34,804 nt of DNA, taken from the NCBI GenBank assembly GCA_015661135.1, contig JACVXW010000039.1, forward strand, positions 1 through 34,804, written 5' to 3'. Position numbers and translations under genes: made by a program. Positions 1 through 13,141 of this stretch are shown here, in pieces; the stretch's first letter is position 1, and every line of letters starts with the position of its first letter. The notes beneath the pieces are model-generated. The model saw only the letters and a program-made list of their open reading frames with translations. It had not been told where the DNA came from and made no database searches. The stretch comes from Chloroflexota bacterium (GTDB taxonomy: Bacteria > Chloroflexota > Limnocylindria > Limnocylindrales > CSP1-4).

Positions 1-114
1 CAGATCGGCCGCGACCACATCCGGGTGTCGTATGCGAACTCGCAGGCCAACATCATCGAGGCCCTGGCCCGGATCCGGTCCGTGGTCCAGCCGATCGTCG
101 CGGCGCGAGGCTGA
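1..114 (+). CDS. PLP-dependent aminotransferase, C-terminal fragment (5' part outside window)
   Basis: Frame +1 is open from the window edge to TGA 112-114. The visible tail [37 protein letters not shown] resembles the C-terminal end of class I/II aminotransferases. Only 37 aa are visible. Confidence 0.4.
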   Translation, partial: QIGRDHIRVSYANSQANIIEALARIRSVVQPIVAARG

Positions 115-119
115 CGGCC

Positions 120-1139
120 ATGGGCGACGGGGCGGGCACCGGGGCGGGCGCCGGCCGGCCGCGGGTCTTCGTGGCGCGGGTCATCCCCGAGGATGGGCTC
201 GCGCCGGTCCTCGCGGCCTGTGACGCACGGGTCTGGGAGGACGAACTGCCGCCGCCCCGAGCGGACCTTCTCCGGGCGATCGAGGGTTGCGACGGCGTCC
301 TGACCCTGCTCACGGACCGGGTGGACGACGAATTCCTGGACCGCGCCGGGCCCCAATTGAAGGTCGTCTCGAACTACGCGGTCGGCTTCGACAACATCGA
401 CGTCCCGGCCTGCACCCGGCGCGGGATCCCGGTCGGCAACACGCCGGGCGTCCTGACCGAGACCACCGCGGATCTCGCCTGGGCGCTCATTATGGCTGCC
501 GCGCGGCGACTCCCGGAGGGGGATCGATACGTCCGGGCCAGCCGCTGGAAGACCTGGGGACCGATGCTCCTGCTGGGGCCCGACGTGTACGACGCCACGC
601 TCGGGATCGTGGGCTTCGGGCGGATCGGGCAGGCCGTGGCGCGGCGCGCCATGGGCTTCGGGATGACGATCCTCTACCACGACGTCTCGCAGCTGCCGGT
701 CGAAGTGGAGGCGGCCTACGGGGCCACGTTCGTGCCGCTGGAGGAGTTGCTGGCCCGGTCCGACTTCGTGTCGCTCCACGTCAACCTCACGCCCGAGACG
801 CGGCAGTTGATGAACGCGGAGCGCCTGGGCTGGATGAAGCCGAGCGCCGTCCTCGTCAACACGTCGCGGGGCCCGGTGGTGGACCCGCGGGCGCTGTACG
901 ACGCGCTCTCGCGTGGCGGGCTGTTCGCGGCGGCGCTGGATGTCACCGACCCGGAGCCCATTCCCCTCGACGACCCGCTCCTCACGCTCGACAACTGCCT
1001 GGTCGTCCCGCACATCGCGTCGGCGTCGCGGGCGACCCGCGGCAAGATGGGCGCCATGGCCGCGGCGAACCTCCTCGCCGGCCTCCGCGGCGAGCGCCTG
1101 CCGACGCCCGTCAACCCCGAGGTCTACGAAGGGCGCTGA
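120..1139 (+). CDS. D-isomer-specific 2-hydroxyacid dehydrogenase (glyoxylate/hydroxypyruvate reductase-like)
   Basis: 339-aa ORF. NAD-binding motif [16 protein letters not shown]. Family motifs [33 protein letters not shown] and VPHIASAS. An alternative in-frame GTG start lies at 171, after the Gly/Ala-rich N-terminus. Confidence 0.85.
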   Translation: MGDGAGTGAGAGRPRVFVARVIPEDGLAPVLAACDARVWEDELPPPRADLLRAIEGCDGVLTLLTDRVDDEFLDRAGPQLKVVSNYAVGFDNIDVPACTRRGIPVGNTPGVLTETTADLAWALIMAAARRLPEGDRYVRASRWKTWGPMLLLGPDVYDATLGIVGFGRIGQAVARRAMGFGMTILYHDVSQLPVEVEAAYGATFVPLEELLARSDFVSLHVNLTPETRQLMNAERLGWMKPSAVLVNTSRGPVVDPRALYDALSRGGLFAAALDVTDPEPIPLDDPLLTLDNCLVVPHIASASRATRGKMGAMAAANLLAGLRGERLPTPVNPEVYEGR

Positions 1140-1142
1140 CCC

Positions 1143-2021
1143 GTGTTCGCAAAGGCAAACGCCCTGGCTCGCCAGTTCACCTTCCCGATCGTGGTGTCGT
1201 TCCGTCAGTGGAACGGCCACGTCGACGCGTCCGTAGGGGCGTTCATCGTCCTGAATGCCGACGGCTGGCTGGTGACCGCCGCGCACGTCTTCCAGATCGG
1301 AAGCAAGGCCGGATCCGACGCGCCGAAAGTTGCCGCTTTGACCGCGCAGATCGCCGCGGTCCAGGCTGACCCGAACTTGATGGCTGGACGCAAGGCGACG
1401 GAGATCCAACGACTGGAGCGAACGGCTGATCCCGAGTGGATCACGAACCACTCGTACTGGTGCGGTCGGGACGGGGTCAATCTGCGCGAGGTCAGGATGG
1501 TGGTTGAGGCCGACACTGCAGTGGCGCGCCTGGACGGGGTACCGGCCGACATGATCGCGTCGCTTCCGATGCTCAAGAACCCGGCGACCGAGCTGAGCCC
1601 GGGCAGGAGCCTGTGCCGCCTCGGGTACGCGTTCCCGAAGGTCCAGACCGCGTTCGACGCATCGAAGAACGCCTTCCACGTCCAGGGAGAGATGCCTCTC
1701 TTCCCGCTCGAGGGGATGTTCACCCGGATCGTGGACGCAGGGCGGACGCCTGACCAGAAGGTCGCCATCCGGTTCATCGAGACGTCGTCACCCGGCCTGC
1801 GAGGCCAGAGCGGTGGGCCGCTGTTCGACGTCCAGGGCCGGGTCTGGGGCATCCAGAGCCGGACGCAGCACCTCCCCCTGGGCTTCAACCCCGAGGCCGA
1901 GATCTCCGGCAGGAAGACCCAGGTCCCGCAGTTCATCAACCTGGGCCTGGCCGTCCACGTCGGGACGCTCATCGAGATCCTCGACGGCATGGGCGTGGAG
2001 TACGAGGTCTCGCCCGACTGA
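1143..2021 (+). CDS. trypsin-like (chymotrypsin-fold, S1) serine peptidase, no signal peptide, no PDZ
   Basis: 292-aa ORF with a GTG start 3 nt after the dehydrogenase stop. Triad motifs are WLVTAAHV (His), EADTAVARL (Asp) and PGLRGQSGGPLFD (Ser). The N-terminus is not hydrophobic. Codon third positions look less GC-biased than in the neighbours. Confidence 0.75.
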   Translation: MFAKANALARQFTFPIVVSFRQWNGHVDASVGAFIVLNADGWLVTAAHVFQIGSKAGSDAPKVAALTAQIAAVQADPNLMAGRKATEIQRLERTADPEWITNHSYWCGRDGVNLREVRMVVEADTAVARLDGVPADMIASLPMLKNPATELSPGRSLCRLGYAFPKVQTAFDASKNAFHVQGEMPLFPLEGMFTRIVDAGRTPDQKVAIRFIETSSPGLRGQSGGPLFDVQGRVWGIQSRTQHLPLGFNPEAEISGRKTQVPQFINLGLAVHVGTLIEILDGMGVEYEVSPD

Positions 2022-2065
2022 GGGGCGCCCAGAGCGGCGCCTTCGGACGTGTTACGTTCCCGGCC

Positions 2066-2140
2066 GGGCCCGTAGCTCAGTGGCAGAGCAGGGGACTTTT
2101 AATCCTCGTGTCGTGGGTTCGAATCCCACCGGGCCCTCCA
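2066..2140 (+). tRNA. tRNA-Lys (anticodon UUU), CCA encoded
   Basis: Cloverleaf folded by hand. Acceptor GGGCCCG/CGGGCCC; D arm GCTC-AGTGGCA-GAGC; anticodon arm GGGGA-CTTTTAA-TCCTC; variable loop GTGTC; T arm GTGGG-TTCGAAT-CCCAC; discriminator T followed by CCA. Confidence 0.9.
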
Positions 2141-2185
2141 GCGCGTCACGGATGGTCCCCGCCGACGCGTTGGCTCACTCCCGTG

Positions 2186-2200
2186 CCGCACCTGGTGCGG
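2186..2200. promoter_or_regulatory. 15-bp perfect palindrome CCGCACC-T-GGTGCGG upstream of amt (candidate operator)
   Basis: Read directly. It lies 136 nt upstream of the amt ATG, in the 195-bp tRNA-Lys/amt spacer. It is followed by GGAAC-N6-GCAAC (2199-2214). No known motif is assigned. Confidence 0.25.
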
Positions 2201-2335
2201 AACCGCTTCGCAACCCGACCCGATCCCCAAGCGAACCGCGCCCGCCGCCGCCCTGACGACGCGCCGCGCACGCTCGCAGCCGGAGACTCCGATCAAGGCC
2301 CGTGCCGACTGGCGGGCCGGACGGAGGAGATCCAG

Positions 2336-3561
2336 ATGCGACGCTTCGCCGCCGCCCTGACCACCGCCCTGCTTGGAGCGGCCGCGCTCCCAACGGCCGC
2401 CCTGGCCGCCGAGGCCGGCGAGATCAGCGCCGGGGACACCGCCTGGATGCTGATGGCCACCGCGCTCGTGATGGTCATGCTTCCCGGCCTGGCCCTCTTC
2501 TACGGCGGGCTCGTCCGGCGCAAGAACGTCCTGTCGACGATCATGCACAGCTTCTTCGGGCTGGCTCTCGTCAGCGTCGTCTGGGTCGTGGTCGGCTTCT
2601 CGATCGCCTTCGCACCGGATGCGACCGGCACCGGCCTGTTCGGTGGCCTCGACTTCGTCATGTTCAACGGCGTCGGACTGGAGCCGGCGGCCGGCAGCAC
2701 CATCCCGTTCGTCCTGTTCGCCGCGTTCCAGCTGATGTTCGCGGCAATCACGCCGGCCCTCATCACGGGCGCGTTTGCCGAACGAAAGCGGTTCGCAAGC
2801 TTCGTCATCTTCACGGTCCTGTGGTCCGTGGTCGTCTATTCGCCGATCGCCCACTGGGTCTGGGCGACCGACGGCTGGCTGTACCAGCTCGGCGCGCTGG
2901 ATTTCGCCGGCGGCACCGTCGTTCATGCCTCGTCCGGCGTGGCGGCGCTCGTCGTGGCCCTGCTCATCGGTCGGCGGGCCGTCAACGGAGACGTCATGGA
3001 ACCGCACGACATCCCGATGACTGTTCTGGGCGCCGGGCTTCTCTGGTTCGGCTGGTTCGGCTTCAACGCCGGCTCCGCACTGGCCGCGAACGGCCTTGCC
3101 GCGAACGCTTTGCTGGTCACCAACACGGCCGCCGGCGCGGCGACGATCACGTGGGTTCTCGCGAGCTATCTCCACAAGCGCAAGGTCAGCGTTCTCGGCG
3201 CCGCCTGTGGCGCCGTCGCCGGTCTCGTTGCGATCACGCCGGCCTCGGGCTACGTGACCGCGGGCGGGGCCCTGGTCATCGGGCTCACCGTCGGCGGCCT
3301 GTGCTACAGCGCGACCCTCCTCCGGTCACGTCTCAAGATCGACGATGCTCTCGACGTCTTCGCGGTCCACGGGGTGGGTGGAACGTTCGGGGCGGTGGCG
3401 ACGGGCGTCTTCGCGACCGTGGCCATCAACGCCTACCCAGGCCTCATCGATGGCAACCCCGGGCAGGTACTCACCCAGCTCGCCGCGGTCGGGGCGACCA
3501 TCGCCTACGCGGTCGTGGCCACTTTCTCGCCATCCACGGCGAAGTCGCGTACCAGGCCTGA
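2336..3561 (+). CDS. amt: ammonium transporter Amt/AmtB; C-terminal cytoplasmic tail disrupted (frame change near 3526)
   Basis: ATG 2336 is preceded by GGAGGAG (2323-2329). There is a signal peptide, then Amt motifs DTAWMLMATALVMVMLPGLALFYGG, DFAGGTVVH, WFGWFGFNAGS and VHGVGGTFG. The core is in frame +2 up to ...AYAVVATF. The canonical Amt end (F)LAIHGEVAYQA* is in frame +1, with TGA at 3559-3561. About 20 codons expected between them (the ..LRV..E.E.EGLD.. tail) are absent. Confidence 0.8.
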
Positions 3562-3592
3562 TCGGCCATATCGGTCGCACTGGAAGCGCGCG

Positions 3593-8117
<4,525 letters not shown>

Positions 8118-8169
8118 TCCAGGCGACACTGGCGACCCAGCGTCCGCGAATCCGCCGGAGGGTCAGGTC

Positions 8170-8394
8170 ATGCTCCAGAAGCCCGAAGAGTTCCAGACCC
8201 TGTTCGCGGTCCGCGACGGGCAGCAGGCGGTCGTGACCTGTGCGGCCTGCGGCTGCCGCCTCCAGCTGGATGCGATCGATGTGGCGAGCTGGCGCCACTT
8301 CGGCGCGCTCTCGGGGCGTGACGCGATGGGCCATCGCACTGGTTGCGTGGACCTGCCGCACGATGCCGTGGGACGGGTGGCCATCCCGGCCTGA
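8170..8394 (+). CDS. hypothetical small Cys/His-rich protein (74 aa)
   Basis: ATG 8170 has GGAGGG 7 nt upstream (8157-8162). GC3-rich codon usage resembles the neighbours. The sequence MLQKPEEFQTLFAVRDGQQAVVTCAACGCRLQLD...HRTGCVDLPHD has a CxxCxC...H...C..H pattern. I recognise no family. Confidence 0.45.
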   Translation: MLQKPEEFQTLFAVRDGQQAVVTCAACGCRLQLDAIDVASWRHFGALSGRDAMGHRTGCVDLPHDAVGRVAIPA

Positions 8395-8412
8395 CGCGGG
8401 CGCCTGGGCAGA

Positions 8413-8456
8413 CACCCGACCTGAAGTCGACGCCCGACCTCGACTGGCACCCGACC
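8413..8456. repeat. three direct copies of C(A/G)CCCGACC spaced 17-18 bp apart in a convergent intergenic spacer
   Basis: CACCCGACC at 8413-8421, CGCCCGACC at 8431-8439, CACCCGACC at 8448-8456. They lie between the small ORF stop (8394) and the response-regulator stop (8487). Confidence 0.4.
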
Positions 8457-8486
8457 CATCCGGGCTCCGCGGAACGATTCCCGGGA

Positions 8487-9185
8487 TCAACGCGCCGGCG
8501 CGGGTTCCATGCGGTAGCCAACCCCTCGAACCGCGACGACCGCCGGGCCTCCGACCTCGTCCAGCTTCGCCCGGAGTCGCGCAAGATGCGGCTTCAGCCA
8601 AAGGAGGTCCGGATCGTGCTCTGCCGGCCAGCCGGCCCGGGCCAGGCGCAGATGGGGCACGAGGTCCCCGCCGGCCCGGACGAGCGCCTCGAGCAGCCGG
8701 TACTCCGTCGGGGTGAGCGTCAGCAGCCGATCGCCGACCGCCGCCTCATGACGCGCCGGGTCAAGATTCAGTCCTTCGAACGCGGCCGGACCCGCCAGGT
8801 CGGCCGCGTCTGCCCGGCCGGCCCGACGCATGACCGCCGCAATGCGGGCCAGGAGTTCCGCCCGCCCAAACGGCTTGACGAGGTAATCGTCCGCCCCGAT
8901 CCCGAGTGCCTTGACCTTCGCACCTTCGCTGCTCTCGCCGGAGACCACGATGATCGGCGCGGATCCCGCGGCCCGGATCTGGCCGGCGACGGTGAACCCG
9001 TCCGGTCCCGGCATCGCCAGGTCAAGCAGGACGAGGTCCGGGTGCTCCTCACGAAACCGGCGCACCGCCGTCAACCCGTCGTAGGCCGTGATCACCTGGT
9101 GCCCCTCCGTCCCGACCAGGGCGGTGATCGCCCCGACCATGGCCGGGTCATCGTCTACCACGAGGATGCGAAGCGGGCGGGACAT
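8487..9185 (-). CDS. OmpR/PhoB-family response regulator
   Basis: Receiver motifs ILVVDDD, LVLLDLAMPGPDG and DDYLVKPF, plus a winged-helix C-terminus (LTPTEYRLLEAL...VRGVGYR). ATG 9185 has GGAGG 11 nt upstream. The ORF also opens at GTG 9197. Confidence 0.9.
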   Translation of the reverse strand: MSRPLRILVVDDDPAMVGAITALVGTEGHQVITAYDGLTAVRRFREEHPDLVLLDLAMPGPDGFTVAGQIRAAGSAPIIVVSGESSEGAKVKALGIGADDYLVKPFGRAELLARIAAVMRRAGRADAADLAGPAAFEGLNLDPARHEAAVGDRLLTLTPTEYRLLEALVRAGGDLVPHLRLARAGWPAEHDPDLLWLKPHLARLRAKLDEVGGPAVVAVRGVGYRMEPAPAR

Positions 9186-9200
9186 GGGCACGAGCACCTC

Positions 9201-10562
9201 CTAGACGGCCGCGGCGGCCGGCAGCGCGATGACGAAACGGGCCCCGTGGCCGGGAGCAGGCTCGCACCAGACGTGTCCGCCGATGGATTCCGCGAGGCGC
9301 TTCGCAGCATAGAGGCCAATCCCGGAGCCCCGCGCGGTGTGGGTATCCCGGCGCGCGTAGGGCTCGAAGATCCGCTCGCGCCACTCGGGTGGTATCCCGG
9401 GTCCTTCATCCTCGACACCGATCCGGACCGCGCCTTCGGCCATCCGCCAGTCGATCCGGATGTGGGTACCCGGCGGCGCGTACTTCACCGCGTTCTCGAC
9501 GAGGTGCTCCAGGATCTGCCGCAGCCGCGGCGGGTCGGCGAGGGCATGCAGGCGGACGCCGCCGCTGACGATGACTTCATGTCGCCCGAGGATGGGGGCG
9601 AGGCCATCGATGACCTCGGTCACGAGCTCCTCCACATCCGTCGGGAGGACGCTGGCCGGCTGGTCCGGCACTACCCGGACGGAGGCCAGGATGGAGTCAA
9701 CGAGGCGATCGAGCCGTTCGATCTGGGTGATCGTCCCGTCATGCCAGCTGGCTCGCCGGCTACGCCGCTCCGCGTCCCGCGACGACCGCCCGTCCAGCGG
9801 CGGTTCCTCGGACAGGAGGTCCGTGTATGCGCGGACCACCGCGAGGGGCGTCCGGAGCTCGTGGGTCACGAGCGCGATCAGCTCGGTCCGCGCCGAGTCG
9901 ATCGCCTTCAGCTCGGCGGCCCGCTGCTCCGCCTCCTGCTGCTGCCGGCCCTTCTCGACGATGCCGGCGAGGAGGTCTGCGATGGCGCCGAGCTGCGCGA
10001 CGTCCGACTCGCTGAAGTTCCGCTCGCGCTCGGTCTGGATGTTGAGGACCCCGACCGTCTGGTCGTGCCAGACGAGCGGCACCGACACCATCGAGGTGAT
10101 GAAGCGGCGCTGGTCGATCCCGCGCACCCACAGGAACCGGGGATCGTCCTTGATGTCGCGGATCACGGTCGGTTCACGGCTGGCCGCCACGTGCCCGGTG
10201 ACCCCTTCGCCGTATGGCACGCGGGCCCGCCCAATTTGGAAGCGGTCCAGACCGTTCGTCGCGGCGAGGGTGAGGTAGGCTCCATCCCGATCGACCAGGT
10301 AGAGCGAGGAGACGTCAGCGTGGAGAGCATCACGCGTCTCGTCGACGACGGTCTCGAGCAGCTCGTCCCAGGTCTGCGCCGTGGTCGCGAGGCGGGCGAC
10401 GCGATGGAGGAAGCGAAGCTGTTCGAGCTGCTTCGCTCCGGATCCCTGGACCAGGTCGAGGTCGGCCACGGCGATCACGATACAAAGGTACGGTCCGGCG
10501 TGGGTCGGATCGGTTGCAGCGGGGTCGAGCGAACGTTGCGACTGGGGCCCCGGCGCAACCAA
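9201..10562 (-). CDS. soluble GAF-domain sensor histidine kinase
   Basis: GAF region (..VSSLYLVDRDGAYLTLAATNG..GEGVTGHVA..), H-box THELRTPLAVV, N-box LVENAVKYAP, G-boxes VEDEGPGIP and GSGIGL. There are no TM helices. The start is uncertain: TTG 10562 is only 11 nt from the divergent ppc ATG, and in-frame GTGs lie at 10478 and 10469. Confidence 0.85.
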   Translation of the reverse strand: MVAPGPQSQRSLDPAATDPTHAGPYLCIVIAVADLDLVQGSGAKQLEQLRFLHRVARLATTAQTWDELLETVVDETRDALHADVSSLYLVDRDGAYLTLAATNGLDRFQIGRARVPYGEGVTGHVAASREPTVIRDIKDDPRFLWVRGIDQRRFITSMVSVPLVWHDQTVGVLNIQTERERNFSESDVAQLGAIADLLAGIVEKGRQQQEAEQRAAELKAIDSARTELIALVTHELRTPLAVVRAYTDLLSEEPPLDGRSSRDAERRSRRASWHDGTITQIERLDRLVDSILASVRVVPDQPASVLPTDVEELVTEVIDGLAPILGRHEVIVSGGVRLHALADPPRLRQILEHLVENAVKYAPPGTHIRIDWRMAEGAVRIGVEDEGPGIPPEWRERIFEPYARRDTHTARGSGIGLYAAKRLAESIGGHVWCEPAPGHGARFVIALPAAAAV

Positions 10563-10573
10563 CGGCTGGCCGC

Positions 10574-13129
10574 ATGACCGCGCGGGATCCCCTCGGCGCC
10601 GAGATCGAGCGGCTGTCGCGCACCCTCGGCGAGATTGTCGAGGAGCAGGCCGGAGCCGATGTTCGCCGGTTCGTGGATCGGACCCGCCGCCAGGCGATGC
10701 GCGCCCGCGCCGGGAACGCCGCCGTGCGGCGATCGATCGAGCGCGACCTCGACGCCCTGGACGACGAGCGCGCCGAGGTCGTCATCCGCGCCTTCCTGCT
10801 CCACTTCCGGCTGGCCAACCTGGCCGAGGAGCGGCACCGCATCCGGATCCTCGAGGAGCGTGGCCGGCGGGGGCCGCGGACCACGACGCGAGCCTCGGAC
10901 GACAGTCTCGCCGGCGTTATCGCGACACTCCGGGCGGATGGACGATTCCCCAAGGACATCCCGTCCGCCGCCGCCGCCCTTCGCGGGCTCCGGATCCATC
11001 CCGTCCTCACGGCACATCCGACCGAGGCCCGCCGACGGACTGCCCTCATGGCCCTTGGGCGCATCGCCCGAGTCCTCGAAGCACGGGACGACCCGCGGCT
11101 GACGACGGTTGCCGCTCGCTCGCTCGACAACCGGCTCCGCGAGGAGCTGGCCATCCTGTGGCAGACCGCCGAGGCCCGAGCCGGCACGCCGACCCCGCTC
11201 GACGAGGTCCGGACCGCCCTCGTGTTCTTCGACGCCACGCTCTATTCCCTCGTCCCGAACGTCCAGCGCGCGCTCGCCGCGGCAACCGGCGTGGCCCCGG
11301 CGGACCTGCCGGTCGTTCTCCGCTGGGGGAGCTGGATCGGGGGGGACCGTGACGGCCACCCGGGCGTCACCGCCGAGATCACGGAACATGCCGCCAGGAT
11401 CCAGGCAGATCACGTCCTGCGCGGCCACGAGGCAGTGGCGACGCGACTGATGCAGACGATCGCGGCGGTCGTCCCGCCCGCGGGGCTGGATCGGGCGCTC
11501 ACGGCTCGGCTCATCGATGACGCGGAAACCCTGCCCGCCCTCGACGCGACGCTCCGTCGCCGATTCCCGGACGAACCCTTCCGACGGCGATTCGGCGCGA
11601 TCGCGGAGCGGCTGCGGCGGACGCGGCACCATCTCACGGGCGACGCCGGGCCCACGACCGGCCGGTACGCCAGGGCTGAAGAGCTCCTCGCCGAGCTCGT
11701 CGAGGTCCAGCGTTCGCTGGGAGCGTCCGGCCTCGGCCGGGTGGCGTCGGGCAGCGTCCAGGACTTCCGCTGGCAGGTCGAGACGTTCGGGTTCCATCTC
11801 GCCGAGCTCGAGGTCCGTCAGCACGCCGAGGTCCACCGAGCCGCCGCGGCGGCGATCCGCGCGGGATCTGCGGTCGGCGACGAGGTGGCTCCCGGCGTCG
11901 CCCTGGCCGAGGTGCTGGACACCTTCCGGGCAGTGGAGGGGATTCGGGCGAAGTACGGCGAGCGCGCGGCCGGACGGGTCGTCGTCAGCTTCACCGAGCG
12001 GCCGTCCGACGCGACCGATGTTCTCGAGCTCGCTACCGCCGCGACCGGCGCGGAGTCGGCCGCCGGGCTGGACGTGGTGCCCCTGTTCGAGTCGGCGGCG
12101 TCCCTCCGAGGCGCTGATGCGGTCTTCCGGGCCATCCTCGCGATCCCGAGCTATCGGGATCACCTGCGCGGCCGGGGCGACCGCCAGGAGGTCATGCTCG
12201 GCTACTCGGATTCGAACAAGGAATCAGGTTTCGTGGCCGCCAACTGGCTGCTCCATGAAGCCCAGGCCGCACTCGCCCGCGTCGCCGACGAGCATCGCGT
12301 GGAGCTGACGCTGTTCCACGGGCGCGGCGGGACCGTGGGCAGGGGCGGCGGCCGCCTGGACCGCGCAATCCTGGGCCAGCCGGCCGGCACCATCCGTGGC
12401 CGCCTGAAGGTCACCGAACAGGGCGAGGTGGTTGCGGCGCGCTACGGCAATCCCGCCATAGCCCTCCGCCACCTGGAACTGCTCGCCGGCGCGGTGGTCG
12501 CGGCCGATGCCCAGACGGCCACGGTCCCCGATGGCGCGCACCCGCTGATGGCGGCTCGCCGGAGCTCGGCGGCCGACATGGAGGACGATGGCTCCATCGA
12601 GCGCCTCCGCGCGATCCCGTGGGGGTTCGCCTGGGCCCAGGCGCGGATCGAGTTGCCCGGCTGGTACGGGCTGGGAGCGGCCGTCTCGGCGGTCCGCGAG
12701 GCGGACGGTGACGGCGCGATCAGCAGGCTGGGCGCGCTGTACCGCGGCTGGCCGTTCCTGACCGCGATCATCGACCACGCCGAGCTGGCCCTTGCCCGCT
12801 CGGACCTTGGCGTCGCCCGCCGCTACGCGGCACTCGCGACGGAGCCCGGCGACGAACGTCGCTGGAAGGCCATCGAAGCCGAGTTCGAACGGAGCGTCGA
12901 GGCGGTCCTGGCCATTACCGGCCGTAGCCGGCTCCTCGAGACGTCGCCGGCGATCGCCCGGGCGATCGAGTTGCGCAACCCGGACGTGGACACCCTGTCC
13001 GAGCTCCAGGTGGGTCGCCTCGCGCGGCTCCGATCGCTGTCCCCCGATGACCCGGGCCGGGCGGAGCTGGAACGCCTCGTCCGGCTAACGGTCAGTGGCG
13101 TTGCTGCAGGCCTCCAGGTGACCGGCTAG
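10574..13129 (+). CDS. ppc: phosphoenolpyruvate carboxylase
   Basis: Motifs VLTAHPTEARRR, WGSWIGGDRDGHP, VPLFES, LGYSDSNKESGF, LFHGRGGTVGRGGG, VTEQGEVV and LRAIPWGFAWAQAR, with C-terminal ..GLQVTG*. The ATG at 10574 (MTARDPLG..) is preferred over ORF start 10514. It appears to lack the ..TP..E...GSRP.. segment before LRAIPW (see findings). Confidence 0.88.
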   Translation: MTARDPLGAEIERLSRTLGEIVEEQAGADVRRFVDRTRRQAMRARAGNAAVRRSIERDLDALDDERAEVVIRAFLLHFRLANLAEERHRIRILEERGRRGPRTTTRASDDSLAGVIATLRADGRFPKDIPSAAAALRGLRIHPVLTAHPTEARRRTALMALGRIARVLEARDDPRLTTVAARSLDNRLREELAILWQTAEARAGTPTPLDEVRTALVFFDATLYSLVPNVQRALAAATGVAPADLPVVLRWGSWIGGDRDGHPGVTAEITEHAARIQADHVLRGHEAVATRLMQTIAAVVPPAGLDRALTARLIDDAETLPALDATLRRRFPDEPFRRRFGAIAERLRRTRHHLTGDAGPTTGRYARAEELLAELVEVQRSLGASGLGRVASGSVQDFRWQVETFGFHLAELEVRQHAEVHRAAAAAIRAGSAVGDEVAPGVALAEVLDTFRAVEGIRAKYGERAAGRVVVSFTERPSDATDVLELATAATGAESAAGLDVVPLFESAASLRGADAVFRAILAIPSYRDHLRGRGDRQEVMLGYSDSNKESGFVAANWLLHEAQAALARVADEHRVELTLFHGRGGTVGRGGGRLDRAILGQPAGTIRGRLKVTEQGEVVAARYGNPAIALRHLELLAGAVVAADAQTATVPDGAHPLMAARRSSAADMEDDGSIERLRAIPWGFAWAQARIELPGWYGLGAAVSAVREADGDGAISRLGALYRGWPFLTAIIDHAELALARSDLGVARRYAALATEPGDERRWKAIEAEFERSVEAVLAITGRSRLLETSPAIARAIELRNPDVDTLSELQVGRLARLRSLSPDDPGRAELERLVRLTVSGVAAGLQVTG

Positions 13130-13141
13130 TTCGGCCGCGGC

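Noticed and set aside
120-165. A dispersed repeat shared between the dehydrogenase N-terminus and the PotA insert (both encode GAGTGAGAG-like peptides).
   Set aside because: Only the peptide composition is similar. The nucleotide strings do not align, which is consistent with independent GC-rich low complexity.
1143-2335. Genomic island or integrated element at tRNA-Lys.
   Set aside because: There is no integrase or recombinase. I could find no duplicated tRNA 3' segment. The flanking genes are ordinary metabolism genes. Only the protease looks mildly atypical.
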